From contig JBALTE010000011.1 in the NCBI GenBank assembly GCA_036963965.1, forward strand, positions 9,150 to 73,149: a DNA stretch of 64,000 nt. The letters run 5' to 3'. Below, one piece after another: positions 16,771 through 26,151 of the stretch. The position numbers were made by a program, and so were the translations under genes. This stretch comes from Oceanicoccus sp. (GTDB taxonomy: Bacteria; Pseudomonadota; Gammaproteobacteria; Pseudomonadales; Dasaniaceae). Below the pieces are notes generated by a model that made no database searches, was not told the DNA's origin, and saw only the letters and a list, made by a program, of their open reading frames with translations. The stretch's first letter is position 1; every line of letters begins with the position of its first letter.

Positions 16771-18963
16771 ATGACTATGGCACAGGAAAAAATGCGTATA
16801 AATCGGCGTCAGTTTGTTATTGGAGCAGCCTCAACGGGTGCTGGACTATCGATTGGATTGGCTCTGCCTATGGGTGCTCAGAAGGCTTTTGCAGACGACC
16901 ACAGTGAATCGTCGACACAGGAAGTTAACGCCTGGGTTGTTATCGATCCTGATGACACGGTAACCATTAGAATTGCAAGATCTGAAATGGGGCAGGGTAC
17001 GCTAACAGGTCTTGCGCAATTGGTGGCGGAAGAGTTGGAATGTGATTGGGATAAAGTGCAGTGGGAATACCCAACCCCGGGAGAAAATTTAAAGCGCGGG
17101 CGTGTTTGGCAAAGTTTTGCCACTGGGGGCAGTCGCGGTATCCGCGGCAGCCATCAGTACGTGCGCGAAGGTGGTGCCATGGCCCGAGAAATGTTGATTG
17201 AGGCGGCTGCCAAAAAATGGGGTGTGGTCGCTGCGGACTGTACCGCAGCTGATAGCAGAATAACCCATTCACCGTCGGGAAAAACGACCACATTCGGTAA
17301 AGTAGCAAACGCTGCTGCTGGTTTAACCCCACCCAGTGAAGTAACGCTAAAAGATCCCAAGACGTGGAAAGTTATTGGCAAACCCAAGAAGCGTCTCGAC
17401 ACGTTAGAGAAATTAACGGGTAAACAAATCTACGGCGCGGATATTACGATGCCAGGTATGCTTAATGCTTCTATAAAGGCCTGCCCCGTTCACGGCGGTA
17501 AACTTGAGTCGTTTGACGCTGAAAAAGTGAGCTCAATGCCGGGGGTGAAATCTGTTATTGCCGTGGGTGATGACGCCGTTGCTGTAGTAGCTACAACATG
17601 GTGGCAGGCCAATAAAGCGTTAAATGCGCTGCCGATCACATGGGACAAAGGTGAGAATACCAAGGTGTCGAGCGCGTCAATCGACAAGTTTTTGCAAGAG
17701 GGACTTTCTGCCGATAATGCTTTTGTGGGAAATAAAGTCGGTGATGTGAAAGCAGGGCTGAAAAAGGCGTCACGTACTTACACTGCTGATTACAGTTACC
17801 CCTACCAAAATCACGCAACTATGGAACCGATGAATGCAACAGCGGTTTGGAGCAAAGAGCGTTGTGAAGTTTGGTGTCCCACGCAAAATGGTGAGGCAGC
17901 TTTGGCTGCGACCATTAGTGCCTCGGAATTGTCCTCCGAAAAATGTGATGTACACAAAGTGAGTCTCGGTGGTGGTTTTGGGCGGCGCGGCGCAACTGAC
18001 TTTGTCACACAGGCCGTGTTAATTGCTAAAACCATGCCCGGTATCCCTGTAAAGCTGCTGTGGACCCGTGAAGAGGATATGCTTCAAGGTATGTTTCATC
18101 CCGTGACCAAGGCCAGAATGACTGCTGGCTTTGATGACGACGGAAATTTGGATGCTTTACATGTGCGTATTTCCGGTCAGTCGATTCTGGCGACGCTAAT
18201 GCCTCAGGCAATAGAGAGCAACGACGGTATGGACCCCGTTGTTTTTCAGGCGATGGCCCCGGAAGGAGATCATGCTATTTCTTATACTGTGCCAAATTTG
18301 TTGGTAGACCATGCCATGCGTAATACACATATTACGCCTGGCTTCTGGCGTGGTGTAAATGTCAATCAAAATGCGATTTATATGGAGTGTTTTTTGGATG
18401 AAGTGGCGCATGAGTCCGGTCAGGATGCGCTGGCTTTCAGGCAGAAGGCAATGAAAAACCATCCTCTCGCCCTGGCGGTATTAAATAAGGCAGCATCGAT
18501 GGCTGGGTGGGGGAAACCTGCGCCGGAAGGTAGACACCTTGGCTTGGCTGTTTGTAAAGCCTTTGGCAGTTATGTGGCTGCTTGTGCCGAAATATCTGTG
18601 GATCAGGGCGAATTGACTATCCACCGTATTTTTGCGGCCACCGACCCCGGGTATGCGGTAAATCCTCAACAGATTGAGGCTCAGGTATCCGGTTCTTTTG
18701 TCTATGGTTTGTCAGCGCTGCTTTACGGGGAGTGCACTGTAAAAGACGGCCAGATCGAACAGCAAAATTTTCATGAATACCCCTCGCTAAAAATGGCGAA
18801 AATGCCGCATGTTGAGACATCAGTTATGCCATCCGGTGGATTCTGGGGTGGTGTTGGTGAGCCAACGATTGCTGTTGCTGCTCCTGCGGTGCTGAATGCT
18901 ATATTTGCAGCAACTGGGAAGCGTATTCGTCATTTGCCGATAAAGAATCAAATCCTTGGGTAG
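16771..18963 (+). CDS. molybdopterin-binding large subunit (IorB / aldehyde-oxidase-like) with a Tat signal
   Basis: Twin-arginine signal INRRQFVIGAAS. The 730-aa length and GGGFGRRG motif are typical of the aldehyde oxidase/xanthine dehydrogenase Mo-binding domain. Confidence 0.85.
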   Translation: MTMAQEKMRINRRQFVIGAASTGAGLSIGLALPMGAQKAFADDHSESSTQEVNAWVVIDPDDTVTIRIARSEMGQGTLTGLAQLVAEELECDWDKVQWEYPTPGENLKRGRVWQSFATGGSRGIRGSHQYVREGGAMAREMLIEAAAKKWGVVAADCTAADSRITHSPSGKTTTFGKVANAAAGLTPPSEVTLKDPKTWKVIGKPKKRLDTLEKLTGKQIYGADITMPGMLNASIKACPVHGGKLESFDAEKVSSMPGVKSVIAVGDDAVAVVATTWWQANKALNALPITWDKGENTKVSSASIDKFLQEGLSADNAFVGNKVGDVKAGLKKASRTYTADYSYPYQNHATMEPMNATAVWSKERCEVWCPTQNGEAALAATISASELSSEKCDVHKVSLGGGFGRRGATDFVTQAVLIAKTMPGIPVKLLWTREEDMLQGMFHPVTKARMTAGFDDDGNLDALHVRISGQSILATLMPQAIESNDGMDPVVFQAMAPEGDHAISYTVPNLLVDHAMRNTHITPGFWRGVNVNQNAIYMECFLDEVAHESGQDALAFRQKAMKNHPLALAVLNKAASMAGWGKPAPEGRHLGLAVCKAFGSYVAACAEISVDQGELTIHRIFAATDPGYAVNPQQIEAQVSGSFVYGLSALLYGECTVKDGQIEQQNFHEYPSLKMAKMPHVETSVMPSGGFWGGVGEPTIAVAAPAVLNAIFAATGKRIRHLPIKNQILG

Positions 18964-18994
18964 GGTGATATCGGCATTAGATAGCGATTATCTT

Positions 18995-19321
18995 ATGCGT
19001 TTACTCCGACAGTGTTTGGTTATTGGTTTTTTTGCCAGCGTGTTGTTTCCGCCTGTTTATGCCAGCGATCTACTAACGCAGGCCAGCGCCAATGTAAGTG
19101 CCTGTAGTAGTTGCCATCGTGGCGGTATGGGGAGCGGCGGTATGGCAGGCAGTGGAACCCAGGTAATGGGTGCGCTTAATACATTGTCGGCGGCAAGCAT
19201 CGAGGAAGCGCTGTTGCAATTTCGTTCTGGTGAGCGTGAAGGGACAGTGATGAATCGTTTGGCCCGCGGCTATTCGGACTCGGAAATCGCTGGGATGGCG
19301 AAAGTATTGGCAAGCCAGTGA
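18995..19321 (+). CDS. monohaem c-type cytochrome (FccA/SoxE-like small cytochrome)
   Basis: A signal peptide is followed by a single CSSCH haem motif and the C-terminal MNRLARGYSDSEIAGMAKVL. The start could instead be TTG 18956, which overlaps the previous gene. Confidence 0.7.
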   Translation: MRLLRQCLVIGFFASVLFPPVYASDLLTQASANVSACSSCHRGGMGSGGMAGSGTQVMGALNTLSAASIEEALLQFRSGEREGTVMNRLARGYSDSEIAGMAKVLASQ

Positions 19322-20592
19322 CCCATTTGAATCGTCGCGACATTGTTAAGGGGCTGCTGCTGGCGATGACAGCGGGGGTGGGCGCTAGTTGTGCATCCAC
19401 AAAGGGTTCATCAGCTCGAGTCGTTGTTGTTGGTGGTGGGTTTGCCGGTATGAGCTGTGCTCGTACTTTAAAAAAGTTGTCGCCAACACTGGCGGTGACA
19501 TTAGTTGAACCCAAACAAAGTTATATTGCCTGTCCGTTTAGTAATCTGGTTATTGGTAATCAGCGCAATATTGCTTCCCAGACATTTAGTTACATCGCTG
19601 CAGTTGCCGATGGTGTGACCCATATTAGACGGACGGCTGTTGCTGTTGATCCCGATGCTCATAACGTCACGCTGGATGATGGCCAAGTTCTTGGTTACGA
19701 CAGATTGGTTCTGGCCCCTGGCATTAGCCTTGATTTCGAAGTTTTACCCGGCTATGACGAGGCCGCAGCGAATGACATGCCTCACGCGTGGCTGGCGGGA
19801 ACACAAACGACACTGCTCGCACGGCAACTCGCGGCTATGGATGATGGCGGTACTGTTGTTATATCGGTGCCTGAAAACCCGTATCGCTGTCCACCCGGTC
19901 CATACGAACGTGCTAGCCTCATTGCAAATTATCTTCAAGTGTACAAACCCAAAAGCAAATTGTTGATACTCGACAGTAAAGATCGCTTTTCAAAACAAGC
20001 GCTTTTTATGGCTGCGTGGAAATCGGAATTTGGAGACCTGATTGAGTGGCAGGGACTCAAAGACGGCGCCAGAGTTGTTTCAGTTGATTCAGCGGCGATG
20101 ACGTTAACAACGGATTTTGACGTAATCAAAGCGGATGTAGCGAATGTGATTCCTCCCCAGCGGGCGGGAAAAATTGCCAGAATTAGTGACGTCGCCAATG
20201 CAAGCGGTTGGTGTCCAATAAGTGCATCGACTTTCGAGTCGAGTCTACATGCTGATATTCATGTTATTGGTGATGCCGCCATAGCCAATGCCATGCCAAA
20301 GTCGGCTTTTGCCGCCAATAGCCAGGCCAAGCTCTGTGCCTTACAAATTGCCAGATTGCTGAGCGGTCAAACCCCCGTTGATAGTAAATTAATTAATACG
20401 TGTTACAGCTTAGTAACCCCGGATTACGGAATTTCTGTAGCGGGAGTCTACAAACCAGAAGCAGAGCGCTGGCTTGAAGTTGAAGGCGCAGGAGGCGTTA
20501 GTGGCGCATCTGCACCAAGAGATGTTAGACGGGTAGAGGCTCATTATGCGCGCCAATGGTATAAGTCAATTACACAAGAGGTGTTTGGTTGA
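19318..20592 (+). CDS. fccB: flavocytochrome c sulfide dehydrogenase flavoprotein subunit-like (FccB/SoxF-like), Tat-exported
   Basis: Tat-like NRRDIVKG, an FAD fold (VVVVGGGFAG) and the redox CPFSN...YRCPPGPYERAS motifs. The GTG start overlaps the upstream stop (GTGA). Confidence 0.8.
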   Translation: MTHLNRRDIVKGLLLAMTAGVGASCASTKGSSARVVVVGGGFAGMSCARTLKKLSPTLAVTLVEPKQSYIACPFSNLVIGNQRNIASQTFSYIAAVADGVTHIRRTAVAVDPDAHNVTLDDGQVLGYDRLVLAPGISLDFEVLPGYDEAAANDMPHAWLAGTQTTLLARQLAAMDDGGTVVISVPENPYRCPPGPYERASLIANYLQVYKPKSKLLILDSKDRFSKQALFMAAWKSEFGDLIEWQGLKDGARVVSVDSAAMTLTTDFDVIKADVANVIPPQRAGKIARISDVANASGWCPISASTFESSLHADIHVIGDAAIANAMPKSAFAANSQAKLCALQIARLLSGQTPVDSKLINTCYSLVTPDYGISVAGVYKPEAERWLEVEGAGGVSGASAPRDVRRVEAHYARQWYKSITQEVFG

Positions 20593-21011
20593 TTCGCGTT
20601 TGTGCTTTTTTTTTGGTGCTCCTTCAGAATTCTATTAGTATAGCCTTTGCAGAAGATCGGGAAGATGCACTTACGTCGGAGCCGGGCCGATATGCTGTTG
20701 GTCAGAAGGTTTTTAACGATCGTGACAGAGGACATTGTTTGTTATGCCATCGGTTCAGCCGCAGCGACGAATCCTTTCAGGGTACTATCGGACCTTCGCT
20801 CGATGGTATTGCAACCAGATTGACCGCGCAGCAAATAAGGTATCGGATAGTTGATAATAGTCGGATGAATTCTCAAACGCTGATGCCCGCGTACTTTCGA
20901 ACGGACGGGCTTGTGCAGGTTGCAGCTGAATTTGTCGGGAAGACGATCTTATCGGCCCAAGATATTGAAGACCTCGTCGTTTATCTTGTTTTCGATCCGC
21001 AAGAACAGTAG
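20589..21011 (+). CDS. soxX: SoxX-like monohaem cytochrome c
   Basis: A signal peptide, a single CLLCH motif, then GPSLDG and a distal MPAY Met ligand region. The TTG start overlaps the fccB stop. Confidence 0.7.
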   Translation: MIRVCAFFLVLLQNSISIAFAEDREDALTSEPGRYAVGQKVFNDRDRGHCLLCHRFSRSDESFQGTIGPSLDGIATRLTAQQIRYRIVDNSRMNSQTLMPAYFRTDGLVQVAAEFVGKTILSAQDIEDLVVYLVFDPQEQ

Positions 21012-21032
21012 TACGTTGATGATGGAGCCACG

Positions 21033-21473
21033 ATGAAAAGGCGAACAGTAATAGTGGGTGCGGCCGTCGGTCTCGCTGTCCAGTTAGCGCCAACAGTCTT
21101 TGCCGGTAAGCTCAAAAAAACGGTGTCTGAATTTTATCGTCAAGAGACTATAACTGTCGGCAAAGTCCGTCTCAAAATACCGCCTCTAGCAGAAAATGGG
21201 AATTCTGTTTCTTTGGCGGTTGAAGTTGATAGTCCAATGACCGACGAAAACTATGTGCAAGAGATTCGAATTTTTGCCGATAAAAACCCGGTGCCAAACC
21301 TCGCTAGTTATCGGCTTTCCCCGGGCTCAGGCAAAGCTAAAGTGGCAACCAGAATTCGATTGTCAAATTCTCAGGTTATAACTGCTGTGGCGCGTATGAA
21401 TGATGGCACGCTGTGGTCGGGCTCTGCTAAAACAATAGTTACGCTGGCGGCTTGTGTCGAGCCACTACTTTAG
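21033..21473 (+). CDS. SoxY-related sulfur-carrier protein with a non-canonical C-terminal arm (..TLAACVEPLL)
   Basis: Tat-like signal (MKRRTVIVGAAVG) and the SoxY core (LKIPPLAENGNSVSLAVEV). The single C-terminal Cys codon is at 21453-21455, in AACVE rather than GGCGG. Confidence 0.75.
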   Translation: MKRRTVIVGAAVGLAVQLAPTVFAGKLKKTVSEFYRQETITVGKVRLKIPPLAENGNSVSLAVEVDSPMTDENYVQEIRIFADKNPVPNLASYRLSPGSGKAKVATRIRLSNSQVITAVARMNDGTLWSGSAKTIVTLAACVEPLL

Positions 21474-21481
21474 GCAATGTG

Positions 21482-21808
21482 ATGAAAGTAAGAATTTCTA
21501 TTCCCCCGCAGGCTGATAGAGGAGAGTTCCTCGAAATTAAGACGCTTGCTTCACATCCGATGCATAGTGGTTTCAGGCGCGATGCGATTGGCGCATTAGT
21601 CCCTCGAGATATTATTGAAATCTTTCGTTGTGAATACAATGAGAAAATTATTTTTGAAGCCGAGTTTGGACCGGGCACTGCTGCAAACCCCTTTCTATCA
21701 TTTTACATTCGCGCTGAAAAAACGGGTGAGGTAAAATTCACCTGGATTGATCAGCACGGAAAAAAGACCGAAGAAATTAAATTTCTCGACGTTGTGGATA
21801 AACATTGA
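21482..21808 (+). CDS. soxZ: SoxZ-like protein
   Basis: MKVRISIPPQADRGEFLEIKTLASHPMHSGFR is the typical SoxZ N-terminus. The protein is about 108 aa and immediately follows the SoxY-like gene. Confidence 0.8.
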   Translation: MKVRISIPPQADRGEFLEIKTLASHPMHSGFRRDAIGALVPRDIIEIFRCEYNEKIIFEAEFGPGTAANPFLSFYIRAEKTGEVKFTWIDQHGKKTEEIKFLDVVDKH

Positions 21809-22584
21809 TGAAAGTGGGGCGTTTGCTGTTTTCGCTGCTCATCATTGTCGAGATGACGGTGGCAATAGCATCCGACATTAAATTGTCACCGCGATCGGGC
21901 TATGAATTTCAATCTATTGATACACAGTCCATGCAAGAGGATGATTTTGAAAACCCTGGTATGTTGTGGGTTGATATGGGTGAGCTTTACTATAACGAGC
22001 CAGCGGGAAAAATGGATCAATCTTGCGCTGATTGTCATGGAGAATTCCCCAAGTCGCTGGCGACGTCGTTTCCGAAAAACAACCACCATCTCGAAGCTGT
22101 TGTGAATCTGACCTCGCAGATCCAGCATTGCAGAACAGTGCACCAGAAGGCAGAACCTATTGATTATGAAAGTGAAACATCGCTAGCGTTGACTGTATAC
22201 CTTGCTAGTCGGGCGCGTGGGGAAATGGTTAATCAGATCGATAGTTCTCCGGTCGATCAGCTAAAGGCGTCAATCGAAAACGGTCGCGTTTACTTTCATC
22301 AGCGTAAGGGGCAGCTCAATCTTAGCTGCAGAAATTGTCATGATAGCAGTGTGGGGAAGATGTTACGGGGGGACTTGATTAGCCAGGGGCAGAGTAACGG
22401 TTACCCAATCTATCGATTAGAGTGGCAATCTCTCGGTTCTCTCCATCGTCGATTTCGCTCCTGTGATATCGGTGTGAAAGCACAAGCACAAGCACTTGGT
22501 AGTAGTATTTATATTAACCTGGAAGCGTATCTAAAAGAGAGGGGTGGTGATTTGCTTATTGAAACACCGGCGGTTCGGCGTTAG
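21808..22584 (+). CDS. soxA: SoxA-like dihaem cytochrome c
   Basis: Signal peptide, two CxxCH motifs (CADCH, CRNCH) and the conserved distal Cys region LHRRFRSCD. The start ATG shares one nucleotide with the soxZ stop. Confidence 0.8.
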   Translation: MKVGRLLFSLLIIVEMTVAIASDIKLSPRSGYEFQSIDTQSMQEDDFENPGMLWVDMGELYYNEPAGKMDQSCADCHGEFPKSLATSFPKNNHHLEAVVNLTSQIQHCRTVHQKAEPIDYESETSLALTVYLASRARGEMVNQIDSSPVDQLKASIENGRVYFHQRKGQLNLSCRNCHDSSVGKMLRGDLISQGQSNGYPIYRLEWQSLGSLHRRFRSCDIGVKAQAQALGSSIYINLEAYLKERGGDLLIETPAVRR

Positions 22585-22624
22585 CTGATATGGCCTAAGG
22601 TATTAACTTGGGTTTGTAGGTTAA

Positions 22625-22650
22625 GGTAGCAAACCATAGGGCTTGCTACC
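22625..22650. terminator. stem-loop between convergent genes
   Basis: GGTAGCAA (22625-22632) pairs with TTGCTACC (22643-22650) around a 10-nt loop. It lies between the soxA stop and the convergent 22737 stop. Confidence 0.45.
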
Positions 22651-22736
22651 TCACTGACCATACGCACTACCAATCGGATAAATCGGTAGCGCGCTAGCCT
22701 TCTATTGACTAAAAGACTTTCGGTTTTGGTAGCAGA

Positions 22737-23897
22737 CTACTCTTCTATTGAAAAAGTAAGGCCTGCATTTTCTTCAAGTCGTTTGATCAATTCAGGTCCC
22801 ATGGACGAGGCTGTTGTCCAGCACCCACCGCTGGTGCGATCTTTGGATATGTCGAGAGCTAAACAAACAGCACTTTCGGCCAGCATTTTACTAGTCGATC
22901 CATAGCCAGGGTCCATATCACCTTTGACGCAAGCTTGTAATTTTTCACCATCATCATTCGAGCCAACAAAGATAATGTCATAATACCCGGCTTTGCGTTC
23001 TTCCCGGGATGGGCCATCACCGGGTTTTAGATTTGCATCCATTGCAAATGGGTCAGCCGCAGCTTTATCTGCTTGTGCTGGGTCGCCGGGCAACATCATC
23101 ATTTCATCATATTGTAAATCTTCACCCCATTGATGCTGCATGAGATAATTTGAGCGATGCACAGCTTTAGTATTGATCATAGCCATCATAAAAGGTCCAA
23201 CCCAGCTTTCCACCGCTTCATCATAATAAGGCTGATTGCCATCTGGTTGTGCTGGACCTTCAAAACCTGGAGTTTGTGCGAAAGGTGACACTAAAAGACC
23301 CATGATGGATGGGTCTTTCTGGACCGCTGCGGTAGTTGCATTTCCAGAAGCAACAGTACCACCAGAGGCACTCCCCTTCATGTCACGCACGCGTCCACGA
23401 ATACGAGGCAAAACATGTCCCAGACGTGTTTTGGCTTGTTCTTGTAAATAGAAAACACCTAAGTCAGTTGGAATTGAGTCAAATCCGCAAGAGAATACAA
23501 TGCGCGCACCTGATTTTGCGGCACTGTCATTAAGACCAGTGACCTGCTGAGCGATCCAGTTGGGTTCGCCACACAAATCGACATAATCTGTACCAGCATT
23601 TGCGCAGGCTGCAATAACTTTATCGCCATAAAGTTGGTAAGGACCAACTGTCGTGATCAAAACTTTGGTCTTCTCTACCATCGCTCTCACTTCATCGTCA
23701 TTGTTGGAATCACATACGACAAGCGGTGTATCCGCCGGGGCGCCGATGGCATCACGGACTTCTTCCAGTTTGCTTTTAGATCGACCAGCCATGCCCCATT
23801 TAATGTTCGTGCCGTATTGTTCCGTCATATATTCTGCAACAAGTTTGCCTGTAAAACCCGTTGCGCCATAAATCAATATATCAAATTCTCTGACCAT
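22737..23897 (-). CDS. saccharopine dehydrogenase-like NAD(P)-binding family protein
   Basis: N-terminal Rossmann motif ILIYGATGFTGKLVAEY. The 386-aa length matches this family. Confidence 0.75.
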   Translation of the reverse strand: MVREFDILIYGATGFTGKLVAEYMTEQYGTNIKWGMAGRSKSKLEEVRDAIGAPADTPLVVCDSNNDDEVRAMVEKTKVLITTVGPYQLYGDKVIAACANAGTDYVDLCGEPNWIAQQVTGLNDSAAKSGARIVFSCGFDSIPTDLGVFYLQEQAKTRLGHVLPRIRGRVRDMKGSASGGTVASGNATTAAVQKDPSIMGLLVSPFAQTPGFEGPAQPDGNQPYYDEAVESWVGPFMMAMINTKAVHRSNYLMQHQWGEDLQYDEMMMLPGDPAQADKAAADPFAMDANLKPGDGPSREERKAGYYDIIFVGSNDDGEKLQACVKGDMDPGYGSTSKMLAESAVCLALDISKDRTSGGCWTTASSMGPELIKRLEENAGLTFSIEE

Positions 23898-24003
23898 TTC
23901 TGTTCCTTAATATTGTCTGTCTTTATAAAAGGGCATTATGCCGATTAACACTGCGGTGGTCTAAATTTTTATACATATTAGGTAGCTTGCGCCTCGGCAG
24001 CGC

Positions 24004-25404
24004 TCACTTATTTGATCCGGAGAAAGAACGAAAGAATCTAACCACCGGGTGATTCAGTAAATTATCCAGAAAAACTTGTTGAGCTATTTGCCTCAATGCA
24101 TCGGAATAAGTGGGGTAGGGATGAATCACTCCTTGCAGTTTGGCGAAGTTCAACCCTAGCGTTTTCATTACCTGTACCTCGGCAATAAGTTCACCGGCGC
24201 GTTCGCCAATAATATGGGCCCCCAATACTTTGCCTTTGCGATTGGTAATGAGTTTGATGTGGCCCATGTCGTTCGGTTTAGTTTTGGCTCGGTCCAGCTT
24301 GTCAAAGTCGTAATTGTAAACGCGAATAGAGTCGCCGTGTTGTTCTCTTGCTTCAGCTTCGGTCAGTCCGGCTCGGGCAAATTCCGGGTCGGTAAAAGTG
24401 GCCCAGGCAACATGTTCGTAGTTTGCTTTGCGGCGAAGAGGGAACAGGGCGTTCATGGTGGCAATTTTACCCTGGAAATTGGCCATATGACTTAATAGAT
24501 AGGGGCCGGCAACATCACCACAGGCATATACGCCCTTGGCAGTTGTCTGTAAACGGTCATCGACTTTAATGCCCTTGTTGGTCTCAATGCCTGCAGCGGC
24601 TAGATTCAGGCCATCGATATTGGGCGATCGCCCCAAGGCAACCAGTAGAGATTGAGCCTCAAGTACCACGTTTTCGTTATCTTTTTCGGCATGTACCCGT
24701 ATACCAGCTTCACAATTTTCAAACAGCGTAGCCTTGGCTCCCAGTAAAAACTTTACGCCCTCTACCGCCAGCTTTTCTCGCACAATGGCTGAAAATTTTG
24801 GCTCCTCGCGAAACATCACCTCGGGCATCATTTCCACCACCGTAACATCGACGCCTAAGCGGTTCATTGACTGCGACAGCTCCATGCCAATGGCGCCACC
24901 GCCCAGCACCACAATGGAAGTGGGCAGGTCTTGTTGTTCGAAAAAGTTGTCGTTGGTTAGGTACGGCACGGTTTCCAGCCCCGGGATAGGGGGTAGCAGC
25001 GGGGACGAGCCGGTGGCAATAATGACTTTTTTACCCTGAAAGCGTTGATCGTTAACGGTGATGACCTTAGCCGACTCAAATACAGCTGGGCCGTGCACGA
25101 AGACTGCCCCCGCCTGCTCTAGTACTTCTGGTGTTTCGTGTTGGTAAATTCCTTCACTAATGGCGCGAACTCGGGCTAGCATCGCTGCCGTGTCGACCTC
25201 AAACTCGGCAAACTTGCGGGCTGTGTGCACTGCTTTAGCTTCGTTGATAAGACCTTTGCTAGGTATACAGCCGGACCATGTGCATTCACCACCACTCTTG
25301 TGTTTTTCAACAATGAGCACTTTTTTGCCAAATCCCAGAGCGGTAAATGCCGAAGTTAAGCCGGCGGCCCCTGAGCCAATCACTATTAGGTCGAACTTTT
25401 GCAT
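24004..25404 (-). CDS. pyridine nucleotide-disulfide oxidoreductase (dihydrolipoyl dehydrogenase / mercuric-reductase-like class I)
   Basis: VIGSGAAG FAD motif, redox-active GGECTWSGCIPSK (C-x4-C) and a C-terminal HPYPTYSD dimer-interface motif. Trimmed to the ATG at 25404 (MQKFDLIVIGSG). Confidence 0.85.
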   Translation of the reverse strand: MQKFDLIVIGSGAAGLTSAFTALGFGKKVLIVEKHKSGGECTWSGCIPSKGLINEAKAVHTARKFAEFEVDTAAMLARVRAISEGIYQHETPEVLEQAGAVFVHGPAVFESAKVITVNDQRFQGKKVIIATGSSPLLPPIPGLETVPYLTNDNFFEQQDLPTSIVVLGGGAIGMELSQSMNRLGVDVTVVEMMPEVMFREEPKFSAIVREKLAVEGVKFLLGAKATLFENCEAGIRVHAEKDNENVVLEAQSLLVALGRSPNIDGLNLAAAGIETNKGIKVDDRLQTTAKGVYACGDVAGPYLLSHMANFQGKIATMNALFPLRRKANYEHVAWATFTDPEFARAGLTEAEAREQHGDSIRVYNYDFDKLDRAKTKPNDMGHIKLITNRKGKVLGAHIIGERAGELIAEVQVMKTLGLNFAKLQGVIHPYPTYSDALRQIAQQVFLDNLLNHPVVRFFRSFSGSNK

Positions 25405-25558
25405 AATATTCTCATTGTGAGTCAGTGTTTGATAGCTAAACACAATTGTAGATGGTTTTAAAGCGATCGACAGCAGCTAGAGTTTTTGTCGTGACAGACG
25501 CGATTTGAACTCATATTGAAATCTCCCGCGGGGCTTGCTAAGGGACCTTTTCTCGTTG

Positions 25559-25595
25559 TAGATTAGACGAAAAAGGGCGTTTGTTCTGCCTATAC
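25559..25595 (+). repeat. conserved intergenic motif, copy C
   Basis: TAGATTAGACGAAAAAGGGCGTTTGTTCTGCCTATAC. The 14-nt core AAGGGCGTTTGTTC is identical to copy B, with TATA at the same offset. It lies 160 nt upstream of the arsR-like start. Confidence 0.55.
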
Positions 25596-25754
25596 TTCAT
25601 TTCCTTCCTTCTCTGCTTGAATTGATTTTATTTCCGTGATCTAATTCATTGCTTCATAATTGCATGTCTTTGCAGATATGATAGGATACAGCTTAAGTAT
25701 GATAATAAACAGCGTCGTGCCACAGGCTGGGATGACAAATCTGGAGTAATTCCA

Positions 25755-26123
25755 ATGCCTGACAGAAAAGTCGTCGCAAAAGAGTTAGCTGAAATTTTCA
25801 AAATTGTTGCAAACCCGGACCGAATTCGAATTATCGAAGAGCTACGAGCTGGTGAAAAAGATGTCAAAACACTTGTTGAAGTACTCGAACTACCCGGTCC
25901 TCGTGTCTCGCAACATTTGAGTTTGATGCGTGCTCATCGCATCGTCGAAGAACGCAGAGATGGTAGGCACCACCACTACAGTTTAACCCAACCCGACATG
26001 GCGAACTGGATCATTGAGGGTCTGGATTTTGTTGAGGGTAGGCTCAATGGTGTGAGCAAAGTTAGCATCACCAAAGCACGAGAACTTTGGTCGGCACAGA
26101 AAAGTAACCAAACGATTAAATAA
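25755..26123 (+). CDS. ArsR/SmtB family transcriptional regulator
   Basis: Winged-HTH signature FKIVANPDRIRIIEELRAGEKDVKTLVEVLELPGPRVSQHLSLMR. Confidence 0.85.
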   Translation: MPDRKVVAKELAEIFKIVANPDRIRIIEELRAGEKDVKTLVEVLELPGPRVSQHLSLMRAHRIVEERRDGRHHHYSLTQPDMANWIIEGLDFVEGRLNGVSKVSITKARELWSAQKSNQTIK

Positions 26124-26151
26124 CCGCTAATTAAACCAAGAGGTCAGTAAA

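Noticed and set aside
16878-18820. A stack of a dozen 60-120 aa minus-strand ORFs inside the Mo-subunit gene.
   Set aside because: All are antisense to a long ORF with clear family motifs. They have no RBS or recognisable motifs, and such shadow ORFs are typical opposite a strongly coding strand.
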